Source: Candidatus Eiseniibacteriota bacterium (GTDB lineage: Bacteria > Eisenbacteria > RBG-16-71-46). From it: a DNA stretch of 64,000 nt. The notes below the pieces were generated by a model. It made no database searches and was not told the origin of the DNA. It worked only from the letters and a program-made list of their open reading frames with translations. Shown here one piece after another: positions 20,404 to 29,881 of this stretch. Made by a program: the position numbers and the translations under genes. Location of the stretch: the NCBI GenBank assembly GCA_963725865.1, contig CAVSAC010000010.1, positions 416,001-480,000 on the forward strand. Direction: 5' to 3'. Within the stretch, counting starts at the first letter, position 1; each line of letters begins with the position of its first letter.

Positions 20404-21588
20404 ATGTCCCGCCACGGCGAGGATTTCTATCAGATCGACACGCTGCTCACCGAGGAAGAGATCGCGATCCGCGATCAGGTGGGCGACTGGGTCGACGAGC
20501 GCTACCTGCCGATCGTCGAGAAGGCGTACGAGGAGGCCTACTTCCCCAAGGAGGTCATCCCCGAGCTCGGCCAGCTGGGCCTGTTCGGCTCGACGCTGCC
20601 CGAGAAGTACGGCTGCGCCGGCATCAACGCGACCGCGTACGGGCTGATCTGCCAGGAGCTCGAGCGCGGCGATTCCGGCCTGCGCTCGTTCGTCTCGGTG
20701 CAGGGCGCCCTGTGCATGTACCCGATCTTCGAGTACGGCAGCGAGGAGCAGCGCATGAAGTGGCTGCCGAAGATGGCCAAGGGCGAGGTGATCGGATGCT
20801 TCGGACTCACCGAGCCCGACTTCGGCTCCGATCCCGGCGGCATGATCACGCGCGCGAAGCGGGCGGACGGCGGCTGGGTGCTCAACGGCGCGAAGATGTG
20901 GATCACGAACGGCACGCAGGCCGACCTCGCGATCGTGTGGGCCAAGCACCGCGACGAGGCGAGCGGCAAGGACCACGTGATGGGATTCCTGGTCGAGAAG
21001 GGCTTCAAGGGCTACTCGGCGCCCGAGCAGAAGCACAAGCACTCGCTGCGCGCCTCGGTCACCAGCGAGCTGGTGCTGCAGGACGTGTTCGTCCCGGATT
21101 CCCACGTGCTGCCGGAGGCCAAAGGCCTCAAGGCGCCGCTCTCCTGCCTCACGCAGGCACGCTTCGGCATCGCGTTCGGCGTCATCGGCTCGGCGATCGC
21201 GTGCTTCGAGAGCGCCGTGGAGTACAGCAAGAAGCGGATCATGTTCGGCAAGCCGATCGGCTCCTACCAGCTGGTGCAGGAGCAGCTCGCGATCATGCTG
21301 ACCGAGATCGTGAAGGGGCAGCTGCTCGCGATCCAGTGCGGGCGCATGAAGGACCGCGGCACCTATACGCCGGAGCACGTCTCGCTGGCGAAGCGGAACA
21401 ACTGCGAGATCGCGCTCGACGTGGCGCGCCGCGCGCGCGACATCCTCGGGGCCAACGGCATCACGTCCGAGTACCCGGTCATGCGCCACATGTGCAACCT
21501 CGAGTCGGTGAAGACCTACGAGGGCACGCACAACATCCACACGCTGGTGCTCGGCCACCACATCACCGGACTCCCGGCCTATCGCTGA
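20404..21588 (+). CDS. Acyl-CoA dehydrogenase, glutaryl-CoA dehydrogenase-like
   Basis: ELERGDSGLRSFVSVQ, GCFGLTEPDFGSDP, LNGAKMWITNG and YEGTHNIH. Start MSRHGE follows GAGGAG. Confidence 0.88.
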   Translation: MSRHGEDFYQIDTLLTEEEIAIRDQVGDWVDERYLPIVEKAYEEAYFPKEVIPELGQLGLFGSTLPEKYGCAGINATAYGLICQELERGDSGLRSFVSVQGALCMYPIFEYGSEEQRMKWLPKMAKGEVIGCFGLTEPDFGSDPGGMITRAKRADGGWVLNGAKMWITNGTQADLAIVWAKHRDEASGKDHVMGFLVEKGFKGYSAPEQKHKHSLRASVTSELVLQDVFVPDSHVLPEAKGLKAPLSCLTQARFGIAFGVIGSAIACFESAVEYSKKRIMFGKPIGSYQLVQEQLAIMLTEIVKGQLLAIQCGRMKDRGTYTPEHVSLAKRNNCEIALDVARRARDILGANGITSEYPVMRHMCNLESVKTYEGTHNIHTLVLGHHITGLPAYR

Positions 21589-21601
21589 GCCGCCACGCGC
21601 T

Positions 21602-21632
21602 GGTGGAGCGCACCCGGCGCGGGCGCTCCACC
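21602..21632 (+). terminator. GC-rich hairpin downstream of the acyl-CoA dehydrogenase gene
   Basis: GGTGGAGCGC-N11-GCGCTCCACC inverted repeat with no U-tract. Confidence 0.4.
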
Positions 21633-21802
21633 GGCCGGGAGGGCGGGCGGGCACGCGCGATTCGCGCACTCGGTGGCGAGGCGGCCGGGCGGCGGCTGGC
21701 GCCTCAAGCCGGCCCGGCTTCGTGCCGATGAAGGGCGCGAGCGCAGGGGTGTCCCCGGCGCCGGCCGCGACCCGATTCCCTGACCCCCGAGGAAACCGTC
21801 CG

Positions 21803-22474
21803 GTGTCCGCCCTTCGCACGTGGATGCTCGCGCTGGCGCTCGTCTACGCCGCCACCCCCGCCGCCGCCGGCGTCATCCGCGGCGCGATCCGGGTGCCCTC
21901 GCCGGGCCTCGCGTCGCTCGCCGCCCCTTCGCCCTACCCGGGTCGCGCGAGCGCGCTGCCGTCCGCGCGGCGACCGGAGCGCGGGCGGATCGGGGACGCG
22001 GTGCTCTACGTCGAGCGCATCCCCGCGGCCGTGGACTCCGCCCTGCCGGCCCCGGTCGCCCGCGCGTCGCTGGCGCAGGAGAACCAGGCGTTCGTGCCGC
22101 GCGTGGTCGCGGTGCCGCTCGGCGCCTCGGTCGACTTCCCGAACCACGATCCGATCTTCCACAACGTGTTCAGCCTCTCGCCCACGCGTCGCTTCGACCT
22201 CGGCAAGTACCCGCGCGGCCAGTCGCGCACCGTGCGCTTCACCCGGCCGGGGCTCGTGAACGTGTACTGCGACATCCATTCGAACATGGAGGCGTTCATC
22301 CTGATCGTGCCCAACCGCGCGTTCGCGCAGCCGGCGCACGACGGCTCGTTCGCGCTCCCGCCGCTGCCCGCGGGGCGCTACGTGCTCCACGCCTGGCACC
22401 CCGACCTGCGCGAGGTGGTGCGCGCCGTCGACGTGCCGGCGAGCGGCGACGTGACCGTCGCGGTCGACTTCTGA
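21803..22474 (+). CDS. Secreted cupredoxin-like / carboxypeptidase-regulatory-like domain protein
   Basis: Signal peptide, 'FPNHDPIFHNVFS', 'YCDIHSNM' (His...Cys-x-x-His-x-x-Met Cu-site pattern) and 'LPAGRYVLHAWHP'. GTG start follows GAGG. Confidence 0.75.
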   Translation: MSALRTWMLALALVYAATPAAAGVIRGAIRVPSPGLASLAAPSPYPGRASALPSARRPERGRIGDAVLYVERIPAAVDSALPAPVARASLAQENQAFVPRVVAVPLGASVDFPNHDPIFHNVFSLSPTRRFDLGKYPRGQSRTVRFTRPGLVNVYCDIHSNMEAFILIVPNRAFAQPAHDGSFALPPLPAGRYVLHAWHPDLREVVRAVDVPASGDVTVAVDF

Positions 22475-24300
22475 TGCGCCGCTGGCTGCGCATGCGACTG
22501 CGGTGGCGGATCCTGCTGTTCACGGCGCTGCCGATCGCGACCCTGACGCTCGCCTCGCTGTGGATCGTGAATCGCATCGTGTCGCGCCAGGCGCACGAGC
22601 ACCTCCAGCTCGAACTGCAGGGCGCCGCCGCGGTGTTCGAGGACCTCATGGCCACGCGCGCGCGCGAGCTCGAGACCGCGGGGCAGGTGATCGTGCAGGA
22701 CCCCAAGTTCTTCTCGGTGCTCACCCTGCCCGGCGCGGCGGACGATCCGTCGGTGCTCGCGACCGTGCGGGGCGTGGCGCGCGACTTCTACGCGCTGGTC
22801 CCCACCGACCTGTTCGAGGTGCTGGACGCGCACGGCGCGATGCTCGCCTCGGTCGCCCACGACGGCACCAGCGACTCCGGACGCGCGGCGCTGGTGCGCG
22901 AGGCCCTGGCGGGGCGCACGGTGGCGGGCATCCTGGTCGAGCCGGCGGCGCACTACCAGGCGGTGGTCATGCCGGTGACGGCCGGCGGGCGCACGGTGGG
23001 CGCGCTGCTGCTCGGCGCGGGCATCGGTCCGGAGCTGGCCTCGCACCTGCGCGAACTGACCCGCAGCGAGGTCACGTTCGTCTCCGGTTCCTCCCTGACC
23101 GGCAGCACGCTCGCGGCGCCCGAGGACCGGCGCGCCGCGCTCACCGCGCTCACCGGAGCGGGTTCCGACATGCGGATCGGCGTGGTGCTCGAGGTCCGCT
23201 CGCCGGCGCACGTGTACCTCACGCTCGCGCGCGCGCTGCCCGGCGCCGCGCCCGGCCGGGCGCAGGCCTATGTGCTCCAGCGCGCCCTCGACGTCGAGAC
23301 CGCGCACGTGCGCGACATGCAGGGCGGCCTCATGCTGCTCGGTGCGTTCGCGCTGGTGGTGGCGCTGGCCGCGGGATTCCTGGTCGCGGAGCGCATCACC
23401 GCGCCGGTCCACCGGCTGGTGCGGGGCGCCGAGGAGATGGAGCGCGGCAACTACGACTACCCGATCGAAGTGCGCAACCGCGACGAGATCGGCTACCTCG
23501 CCGAGCGATTCCGGTACATGCGCCAGCAGCAGCGCGCCTACGTCAACAGCCTCGAGGAGGTGGCGCGGCTCAAGACCGAGTTCATCAGCGTCGCGTCCCA
23601 CGAGCTGCGCACGCCGATCAGCATCATCGCGGGGTTCCAGCAGCTGATGGCCGACGGCGCGATGGGGCCGGTCACCGAGGACCAGCGCGAGGCGCTGGTC
23701 GCGATCGACCGCAGCGTCGTCACCCTCACGCGCATCGCGGAGAACGCCACCCGCATCGCGCAGGTGCAGGGCGAGCGGGTGCCGCTCAGCCGCGCCACGC
23801 ACGAGCTCGCGCCGCTGCTCCATGAGGCGGCCACCACGGTGCGCTCGGAGGCGCCGGGGCGCGCCGTGCGCATCACGGTGCTGCCGGCCGTGGGGCTGCC
23901 GCCGGCGCGGGTGGACGCCACCCGCCTGGTCCAGGCGCTGGTCCAGCTGGTGCGCAACGGCGTGCGCTTCACGCCGGATGGCGGCGAGGTGCAGCTGCGC
24001 GCCCGGCGCACCGGGGACGTGATCGAGATCGCGGTGGCCGACGACGGCATCGGGATCCCCCCGGAGCAGCAGCAGCACGTGTTCGAACGGGCGGCGCTGA
24101 TGCGCGATTCGCGACACCATCACAGCTCGACGGCGCTGGAGTTCAACAGCGCAGGGCTCGGGCTGGGGCTCGGCATCGCGCGCGGCATCGTGGAGGCGCA
24201 CGGCGGCACGTTGAAGTTCGACAGCGCGCAGGGCCACGGCACGACGTTCACGCTGCGACTGCCCCTGGACGACGAAGAGGCACTGGCCCAGGCCGCCTGA
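22474..24300 (+). CDS. Membrane sensor histidine kinase (periplasmic domain, HAMP, HisKA, HATPase)
   Basis: TGATG overlap with the upstream gene. HAMP 'RDEIGYLA', H-box SHELRTP, N-box, DDGIG and GLGLGL. Confidence 0.92.
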   Translation: MRRWLRMRLRWRILLFTALPIATLTLASLWIVNRIVSRQAHEHLQLELQGAAAVFEDLMATRARELETAGQVIVQDPKFFSVLTLPGAADDPSVLATVRGVARDFYALVPTDLFEVLDAHGAMLASVAHDGTSDSGRAALVREALAGRTVAGILVEPAAHYQAVVMPVTAGGRTVGALLLGAGIGPELASHLRELTRSEVTFVSGSSLTGSTLAAPEDRRAALTALTGAGSDMRIGVVLEVRSPAHVYLTLARALPGAAPGRAQAYVLQRALDVETAHVRDMQGGLMLLGAFALVVALAAGFLVAERITAPVHRLVRGAEEMERGNYDYPIEVRNRDEIGYLAERFRYMRQQQRAYVNSLEEVARLKTEFISVASHELRTPISIIAGFQQLMADGAMGPVTEDQREALVAIDRSVVTLTRIAENATRIAQVQGERVPLSRATHELAPLLHEAATTVRSEAPGRAVRITVLPAVGLPPARVDATRLVQALVQLVRNGVRFTPDGGEVQLRARRTGDVIEIAVADDGIGIPPEQQQHVFERAALMRDSRHHHSSTALEFNSAGLGLGLGIARGIVEAHGGTLKFDSAQGHGTTFTLRLPLDDEEALAQAA

Positions 24301-24301
24301 G

Positions 24302-24331
24302 TCCGGCGGTCGCGCCGGTCCGACCGCCGGA
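24302..24331 (+). terminator. Hairpin immediately after the kinase stop codon
   Basis: TCCGGCGGTCG-N8-CGACCGCCGGA, an 11-bp perfect stem. Confidence 0.5.
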
Positions 24332-24411
24332 GTGGACCATTCGTCGCGCGCGGACGACCGTCCATCGTGCCCCGCTGGCCGGCGGGCGCGCCCGCCCCGT
24401 ATCCTGCGATC

Positions 24412-25635
24412 ATGCCCATCGCCGAACCGTCTCGGGGTCGCGCGCGCATCTGGCGCGGACTGTGGCGCCTGCTCTGGCGCCAGCCGCTGTTCGCCATCCC
24501 GTTCGCCCTGTTCTTCACGCTGCTCGAGGGCGGCGCGTGGCGCTCCGTCGGTGGCTACTACCTCGTCTCGCTGATCTTCGCCTACAGCATTTCGACCGCC
24601 ATCTGGGTGACCGAGTGCTTCATCGCGCCCCGCGTCCTGCGCGGGGGCCCGGCGCTGCTGAAGGGCGGGCTGCCGCAGCACGCGCTGCTCTACGTCGGTT
24701 CCAGCGTGTTCGGAGCCTACCTGGGCGCCCTGTTGGTGCGCCTGACGCTGATCCACGACTTCCTCGGCAGCGCCCGCAGCGTGCTCGTGATGACGGTCTT
24801 CACGCTGATGTTCACCGTGCTGGTGACCGGGATCGTGTACGCGTGGCACTTCTACCACGCGGCCCTCAGCCGGGCGCGCGCCGAGGAGGAGATGAACCTC
24901 GCGCGCCGCATCCAGCGCGGCTTCCTGATGACGGCGTTCCCGCGCCGACCGCGGCTCGAGGTCCACGCGGTGAACGTCTCCTCGCGCGAGGTGAGCGGCG
25001 ACTTCTACGACGTGGTGCCGGCCGGCGAGGATGCGTACCTGATCGCGATCGCCGACGTGTCCGGCAAGGGCGTGCCCGCGGCGCTGCTGTCGTCCATGCT
25101 CCAGGCCTCGCTGCGCACGCAGGCCGGCGTGGTGGGCTCGACCGCGGCCATCATGGGGAACCTCAACCGCCTGGTGTGCGAGAGCACCTCGCGCCAGCAG
25201 TTCGCCACGTTCTTCCTCGCGCTGGTCGACGAGCGGACGCTGACGCTCACCTACACGAACGCGGGACACAACCCGCCGCTGCTGCTGCGCCCGGGCGCGC
25301 CCCCGCGCATGCTCGCGACCGGCGGCACGGTGGTCGGCATGCTGGATTTCGTGGTTTTCGAGCAGGAGCAGCTCGTGCTCGCGCCCGGCGATCGCGTGAT
25401 CGCCTACACCGACGGGCTCAGCGAGGCGCGCCGTCCGGACGGCGAGATGTTCGGCGACGACCGGGTGGCCGACGTGGCGGCCACGCTCGACGGCGACCTC
25501 TCCGCCGAGGCCGCATGCGAGCACCTGCTCGCCGAGCTGCGCGGCTGGCTGGCGGGACGCGAAGCTGGCGACGACGTCACGGTGCTCGCGATACGCGTGA
25601 TCGATCCGGTCGCCGCCGCCCCTCCGTCCGCCTGA
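24412..25635 (+). CDS. Membrane-anchored SpoIIE/RsbU-type PP2C phosphatase
   Basis: About 4 TM segments at the N-terminus, then VSGDFYD, IADVSGKG, NAGHNPP, YTDGLSEA and DDVT. Confidence 0.9.
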   Translation: MPIAEPSRGRARIWRGLWRLLWRQPLFAIPFALFFTLLEGGAWRSVGGYYLVSLIFAYSISTAIWVTECFIAPRVLRGGPALLKGGLPQHALLYVGSSVFGAYLGALLVRLTLIHDFLGSARSVLVMTVFTLMFTVLVTGIVYAWHFYHAALSRARAEEEMNLARRIQRGFLMTAFPRRPRLEVHAVNVSSREVSGDFYDVVPAGEDAYLIAIADVSGKGVPAALLSSMLQASLRTQAGVVGSTAAIMGNLNRLVCESTSRQQFATFFLALVDERTLTLTYTNAGHNPPLLLRPGAPPRMLATGGTVVGMLDFVVFEQEQLVLAPGDRVIAYTDGLSEARRPDGEMFGDDRVADVAATLDGDLSAEAACEHLLAELRGWLAGREAGDDVTVLAIRVIDPVAAAPPSA

Positions 25636-25733
25636 GCCGACCGCCGTCGCGACCCGCGACCGTCCGTCGCCCGCCTCCGACCGCTCGTCGCCACGGCGTT
25701 CGCGGCGTCCCCGCGCCCTCGTATCATGCCGTC

Positions 25734-26849
25734 ATGACCACTTGCGAGCCGGACCTCCGTCCCCGCCGCCGCCCGCCGCTCGTCGCGCTGCTGCGGACCC
25801 TGCTGCTGCAGCCGCTGTGGGCGGTGCCGTTCGCGTTCTTCTTCGGCACCCTGTTCGGCGGCACCTGGCCGCAGTACGTGCAGGCGTACCAGGCCTCGCT
25901 GGTGTTCTCGTACACCATCGGGATCACGCTGTGGGCGGTGAAGCACTTCGCCGAGCCGTGGCTGGTGCGCCGGCTGCCGCGCGGCCGCGACCTGGGGATG
26001 CGGATCGGCGGCGTCTACATCGCCTGCGCGATCCTCGCCTCCTACCTCGCCGCCTACCTGATCCACCTGTTCGTGCTCCCCGGCTTCCTCGGTACGCCGA
26101 AGTCGCTGCTGCTCTCGACCCTCTACACGCTGCTGTTCGTCGCGCTGTTCGGCGGCATCAACTTCGCGATCGCGTTCTACCGCGTGGCGATGCACCAGAC
26201 GCGGGCCGTCGATCGGCAGCGCGCCGAGCTGGCGCGCGCCGAGCTGCGCGCGCTGCGGGCCCAGATCAATCCGCACTTCCTGTTCAACACGCTCAACACC
26301 ATCACGTCGCTGATCGCGGAGAACCCGCGCGAGGCCGAGGACACCACCACGCGGCTCGCGGATCTGTTCCGCTACGCGCTGGCGGCCTCGGACCGCGACC
26401 ACCAGCGCTTCGGCGATGAGCTCGAGTTCCTGCGCGACTATCTCGCGATCGAGCGCACGCGGTTCGGAGAGCGGCTGCGGGTGCGCGAGGACATCGCCCC
26501 CGGGCTCGAGGGCGTCGCGGTGCCGAGCCTGCTCCTGCAGCCCCTGGTCGAGAACGCGGTCCGCCATGGGATCGCCCCGCGCGTCGAGGGCGGCACGCTC
26601 ACGCTGCGCGCGCGCCGCGTCGGCGAGATGCTCGAGGTCGAGGTGCTCGACGACGGCCCCGGACTCGATCCGTCCGCCGAGCCCGCCGGCAGCGGGTTCG
26701 GCCTGCGCTCGGTGCGTGAGCGGCTCCGGCATGCCGGGCCACCCCACGCGCTCCACATCGAGTCGGCGCCGGGCGCCGGCACCCGGGTGCGCGTGACCCT
26801 CCCGTCCACGCCGTTCACCCCACCCATCTCCTCCGGAGGTACCGCATGA
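25734..26849 (+). CDS. LytS/YehU-family sensor histidine kinase
   Basis: LRAQINPHFLFNTLN, LQPLVENAVRHG, DDGPG and GFGL. Start MTTCEP at 25734, in the frame of ORF 24462..26849. Confidence 0.92.
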   Translation: MTTCEPDLRPRRRPPLVALLRTLLLQPLWAVPFAFFFGTLFGGTWPQYVQAYQASLVFSYTIGITLWAVKHFAEPWLVRRLPRGRDLGMRIGGVYIACAILASYLAAYLIHLFVLPGFLGTPKSLLLSTLYTLLFVALFGGINFAIAFYRVAMHQTRAVDRQRAELARAELRALRAQINPHFLFNTLNTITSLIAENPREAEDTTTRLADLFRYALAASDRDHQRFGDELEFLRDYLAIERTRFGERLRVREDIAPGLEGVAVPSLLLQPLVENAVRHGIAPRVEGGTLTLRARRVGEMLEVEVLDDGPGLDPSAEPAGSGFGLRSVRERLRHAGPPHALHIESAPGAGTRVRVTLPSTPFTPPISSGGTA

Positions 26850-27625
26850 TCCGTCCCCGCGTCTCCTTGCTCGTGCTCGCAGCGCTGCTGGCGGGCCCGC
26901 CCGCCGCGCGCGCCGTCGATCCGCTCGCGTCCGCGCGCACGGCGTTGCAGGCCGCCGTCGACCAGGGCGATCCGGCCGCCATCCTGGCCGCGCGCGCCAC
27001 CTTCGAAGCGGCCGCGATCGGCGATCGCAAGGCGGCCGCGCCGCGCTACTGGGTGGCGCTCGCCGACTGGCGCGCGCTGCCGCTGCTCTGGGACCGCGAC
27101 CAGGCCCAGGCGGCCCGCCTCGCGAAGGATGGCCTCAAACGCATCGACGAGGCGATCCGTCTCGATCCGAACTCGGGCGGCGCCTACGCGCTCAAAGCCG
27201 CGCTGCAGGGCATGAGCATCGGCCTCGATCCCTCCAGCATGATGACGCTCGGCCCCGACTCCGAGGCCAACTTCCAGCGCGCGCGCGCCCTGGCGCCGAA
27301 CGATCCGCGCGTCTGGCTGCTGGATGGCATCGGCACGCTCAACAAGCCCGCCAACTTCGGCGGCGGCGCGGAGCCCGCGCTCGCGCGCTTCACGAAGTCG
27401 CAGGAGCTGTTCGCCGCCGCGCCCGCCGACAGCGCCGGCCCGTTCGGCTGGGGACGGGACGATGCCTTCCTGTGGGCGGGCCGCGCCGAGATGCAGCGCG
27501 AACGATTCGCCGCCGCGGCCGCACTGTTCCGCCAGGCGCTGGCCGCGAATCCCGCGAACGGCTGGGTCGAGCGCGGGCTGCTCCCGAAGGCCGAGGCGGC
27601 GCTCAAGGAGCAGGCGCCGCGGTGA
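26846..27625 (+). CDS. Secreted TPR-like helical protein
   Basis: ATGA overlap and GGAGG SD. Signal peptide. TPR-like turns 'AIRLDPNS', 'ARALAPND' and 'ALAANPAN'. Confidence 0.72.
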   Translation: MIRPRVSLLVLAALLAGPPAARAVDPLASARTALQAAVDQGDPAAILAARATFEAAAIGDRKAAAPRYWVALADWRALPLLWDRDQAQAARLAKDGLKRIDEAIRLDPNSGGAYALKAALQGMSIGLDPSSMMTLGPDSEANFQRARALAPNDPRVWLLDGIGTLNKPANFGGGAEPALARFTKSQELFAAAPADSAGPFGWGRDDAFLWAGRAEMQRERFAAAAALFRQALAANPANGWVERGLLPKAEAALKEQAPR

Positions 27626-29871
27626 ACCCGACCTCCCGCCCCGGCGCCGCGCGGCGGCGCCCGCCGTGGTTGCGGCTGGCGCTGGCGCTGGTACTCGCGA
27701 GCGCTCCCGCCCCGGCGACGGCGAGCCTGCTGGTGCACGTGACCGGCGTGGTCGTCGATCACGCCGGGCGGCCGATCGAGTTCGCCGCGGTCGCCTGCCC
27801 GGCGCTGAAGACCGGCGCGGCGGCCGACGAGCGGGGCCGCTTCGCGCTCGACCTGCCGCTCGGCCGCGCGCAGCTCGAGGTCTCGCAGATGGGCTACGAG
27901 CACACCCGCGTCGAGGTGCGCGTCGTCGAGGACCTCGCCCCGCTGCGCCTGGTGCTGCGCGACGAGCCGCTCGAGCTGGCCGAGGTCCAGGTCGCGACCT
28001 CCTCGTTCGGCAAGGCCGGCAAGAGCGAGGGCGCGACGCTCAAGCGGATGGACGTCGTCATGACTCCGGGGGGCGCCGCCGACGTAATGCAGTCGCTGCG
28101 CGCGCTGCCGGGCATCAACGCGCCGAACGAGGGCGCGGCGGTGTACGTGCGCGGTGGCGATCCGAGCGAGACCCTGATCCGCCTCGACGGCAACTCGATC
28201 GGTCACCCCTACCACTACGAGGGCGCCTCCGGCGGGCTGTTCAGCGCGTTCGACGCCTACCTGGTCCGCAACGCGTTCTTCTCGAGCGGGGGCTTCACCG
28301 CCCGCTACGGCGGCGTGCTCTCGGGCGTGCTCGACATCGACACCCAGGAGCCCGGCGACCAGCGCAGCGTGAACGTGGGGGTCAACATGGTGGGCGCGAA
28401 CCTGTCCACCAGCTGGCGCCTGGTTCCGGGCCGGCTCGCCGCGCTCGCGACCGTCCGCTACAGCGACACCGAGCTGCTGATGCGCGTCTACGGCTCGCGG
28501 AACGACTACGAGCGCGCGCCCCTGAGCCACGACGCCGCCGCCAAACTGGTGTGGCGCTACTCGGGCACCGGCCGGCTCACGTTCACCGGGCTCCAGAACG
28601 GCGATCGCACCGCGGTGGAGGCCAACGTGCTCAATGTCGCGTCGGTCTACCACGAGCACGCGCTGAACCAGGTCGGCGCACTCGAGCTCGCCGACGCGCT
28701 CGGCGAGCGGCTCGCGCTCCACGTGCGCGGCGCCTGGCAACGCTACGGCGCGAAGTGGGACTACTCCGGCTTCGGTACGCGGCGCGACGAGAGCGACGCG
28801 CAGGCCAATCTCGAGGCGGTGTGGACGCCCCACCCGCGGCACGAGCTGACGTTCGGCGGGAACCTGCCGCGCCACGCCGTGCGCATCGTGGGCGGGTTGC
28901 CGGCCGACAGCGTGGACCTGGCCGCGGGCGCACCGCTGCGCGCCTACGACATCCGTCCCGTGCTCACCCTGCCGGGCGTCTTCGTGGAAGACAAGCTGCG
29001 GGTGTGGGGACCGGTCTACGCCACGCTGGGCTTCCGGGCGGACCGGATCTCGAACGCGCAGGTCTGGACCACCGACCCGCGCGCGGCGCTGGCGTGGCGC
29101 ATCGACGAGCGCCAGACCGTGCGGGTGGCCACCGGCCGCTACCACCAGGCGGCCGATCCGCGCTTCCTCGACCGCGCCTACGGCAATCCTCGCCTCGGGC
29201 CCGCGCGCGCCGACCACGTCATCGCCGGCTGGGAGTGGCTGACCGAGAACGCCAACCTCCGGCTCGAGGCCTACCGCAAGGACTATCGAGGGCTGGTCAC
29301 CGTCGACTCGCTCGCCTTCTACGCCCCGCGCGGGCACGGCTTCGCGCGCGGCGTGGACGTGTTCCTGAAGGGCTCCCACCGCTGGGTGAACGGCTGGATC
29401 TCGTACGGCTACATGGACTCGAAGCGCCAGGAGGGCGACGACCCCCGCGAGCTGCCCTCGGCCTACGGGGTCACGCACTCCCTCACGCTGGTCGGGGACT
29501 ACCGCTGGAGTGGCGCGTGGCTGGTGGGTGCGCGCTGGGGTTGGTCGTCCGGCCGGCCGTGGACGCCGGTGGTCGGCCGCACGTGGGATCCGGCCCGCCG
29601 GATCTGGCGCCCGGTGTACGCCGAGAACCGCTCGGCGCGGATGCCGGCCTACAACCGCCTCGACATCCGGCTCACTCGGCTGTTCACGCTGCCGGCCGCC
29701 TGGGGGCTGCCGCTGAGCGCGCCATGCGCCGCCTACGTCGAGGGCCTCAACGTGCTCGACGTCCGCAACGTGCTCGAGTTCGTCTACAACTCCGACTACT
29801 CGCTGCGCTACTCGAGCGATTCCTACTTCTCGCGCCGCATGCTCGTGGCCGGCTGCTCGCTGACGTGGTAA
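27622..29871 (+). CDS. TonB-dependent outer membrane receptor with an N-terminal carboxypeptidase-regulatory-like domain
   Basis: GTGA overlap, signal peptide, plug motifs 'LPG...VYVRGGDPSE' and 'GGFTARYGGVLSG', 'YNRLDIR', 'NVLD' and an aromatic C-terminal residue (SLTW). Confidence 0.9.
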   Translation: MNPTSRPGAARRRPPWLRLALALVLASAPAPATASLLVHVTGVVVDHAGRPIEFAAVACPALKTGAAADERGRFALDLPLGRAQLEVSQMGYEHTRVEVRVVEDLAPLRLVLRDEPLELAEVQVATSSFGKAGKSEGATLKRMDVVMTPGGAADVMQSLRALPGINAPNEGAAVYVRGGDPSETLIRLDGNSIGHPYHYEGASGGLFSAFDAYLVRNAFFSSGGFTARYGGVLSGVLDIDTQEPGDQRSVNVGVNMVGANLSTSWRLVPGRLAALATVRYSDTELLMRVYGSRNDYERAPLSHDAAAKLVWRYSGTGRLTFTGLQNGDRTAVEANVLNVASVYHEHALNQVGALELADALGERLALHVRGAWQRYGAKWDYSGFGTRRDESDAQANLEAVWTPHPRHELTFGGNLPRHAVRIVGGLPADSVDLAAGAPLRAYDIRPVLTLPGVFVEDKLRVWGPVYATLGFRADRISNAQVWTTDPRAALAWRIDERQTVRVATGRYHQAADPRFLDRAYGNPRLGPARADHVIAGWEWLTENANLRLEAYRKDYRGLVTVDSLAFYAPRGHGFARGVDVFLKGSHRWVNGWISYGYMDSKRQEGDDPRELPSAYGVTHSLTLVGDYRWSGAWLVGARWGWSSGRPWTPVVGRTWDPARRIWRPVYAENRSARMPAYNRLDIRLTRLFTLPAAWGLPLSAPCAAYVEGLNVLDVRNVLEFVYNSDYSLRYSSDSYFSRRMLVAGCSLTW

Positions 29872-29881
29872 TGCTCGCGCC

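Noticed and set aside
21704..21731. Sigma28-like promoter (TCAAG-N15-GCCGATGA) upstream of the cupredoxin-like gene
   Set aside because: It is a single imperfect match, GCCGAT is frequent in GC-rich DNA, and there is no supporting context.
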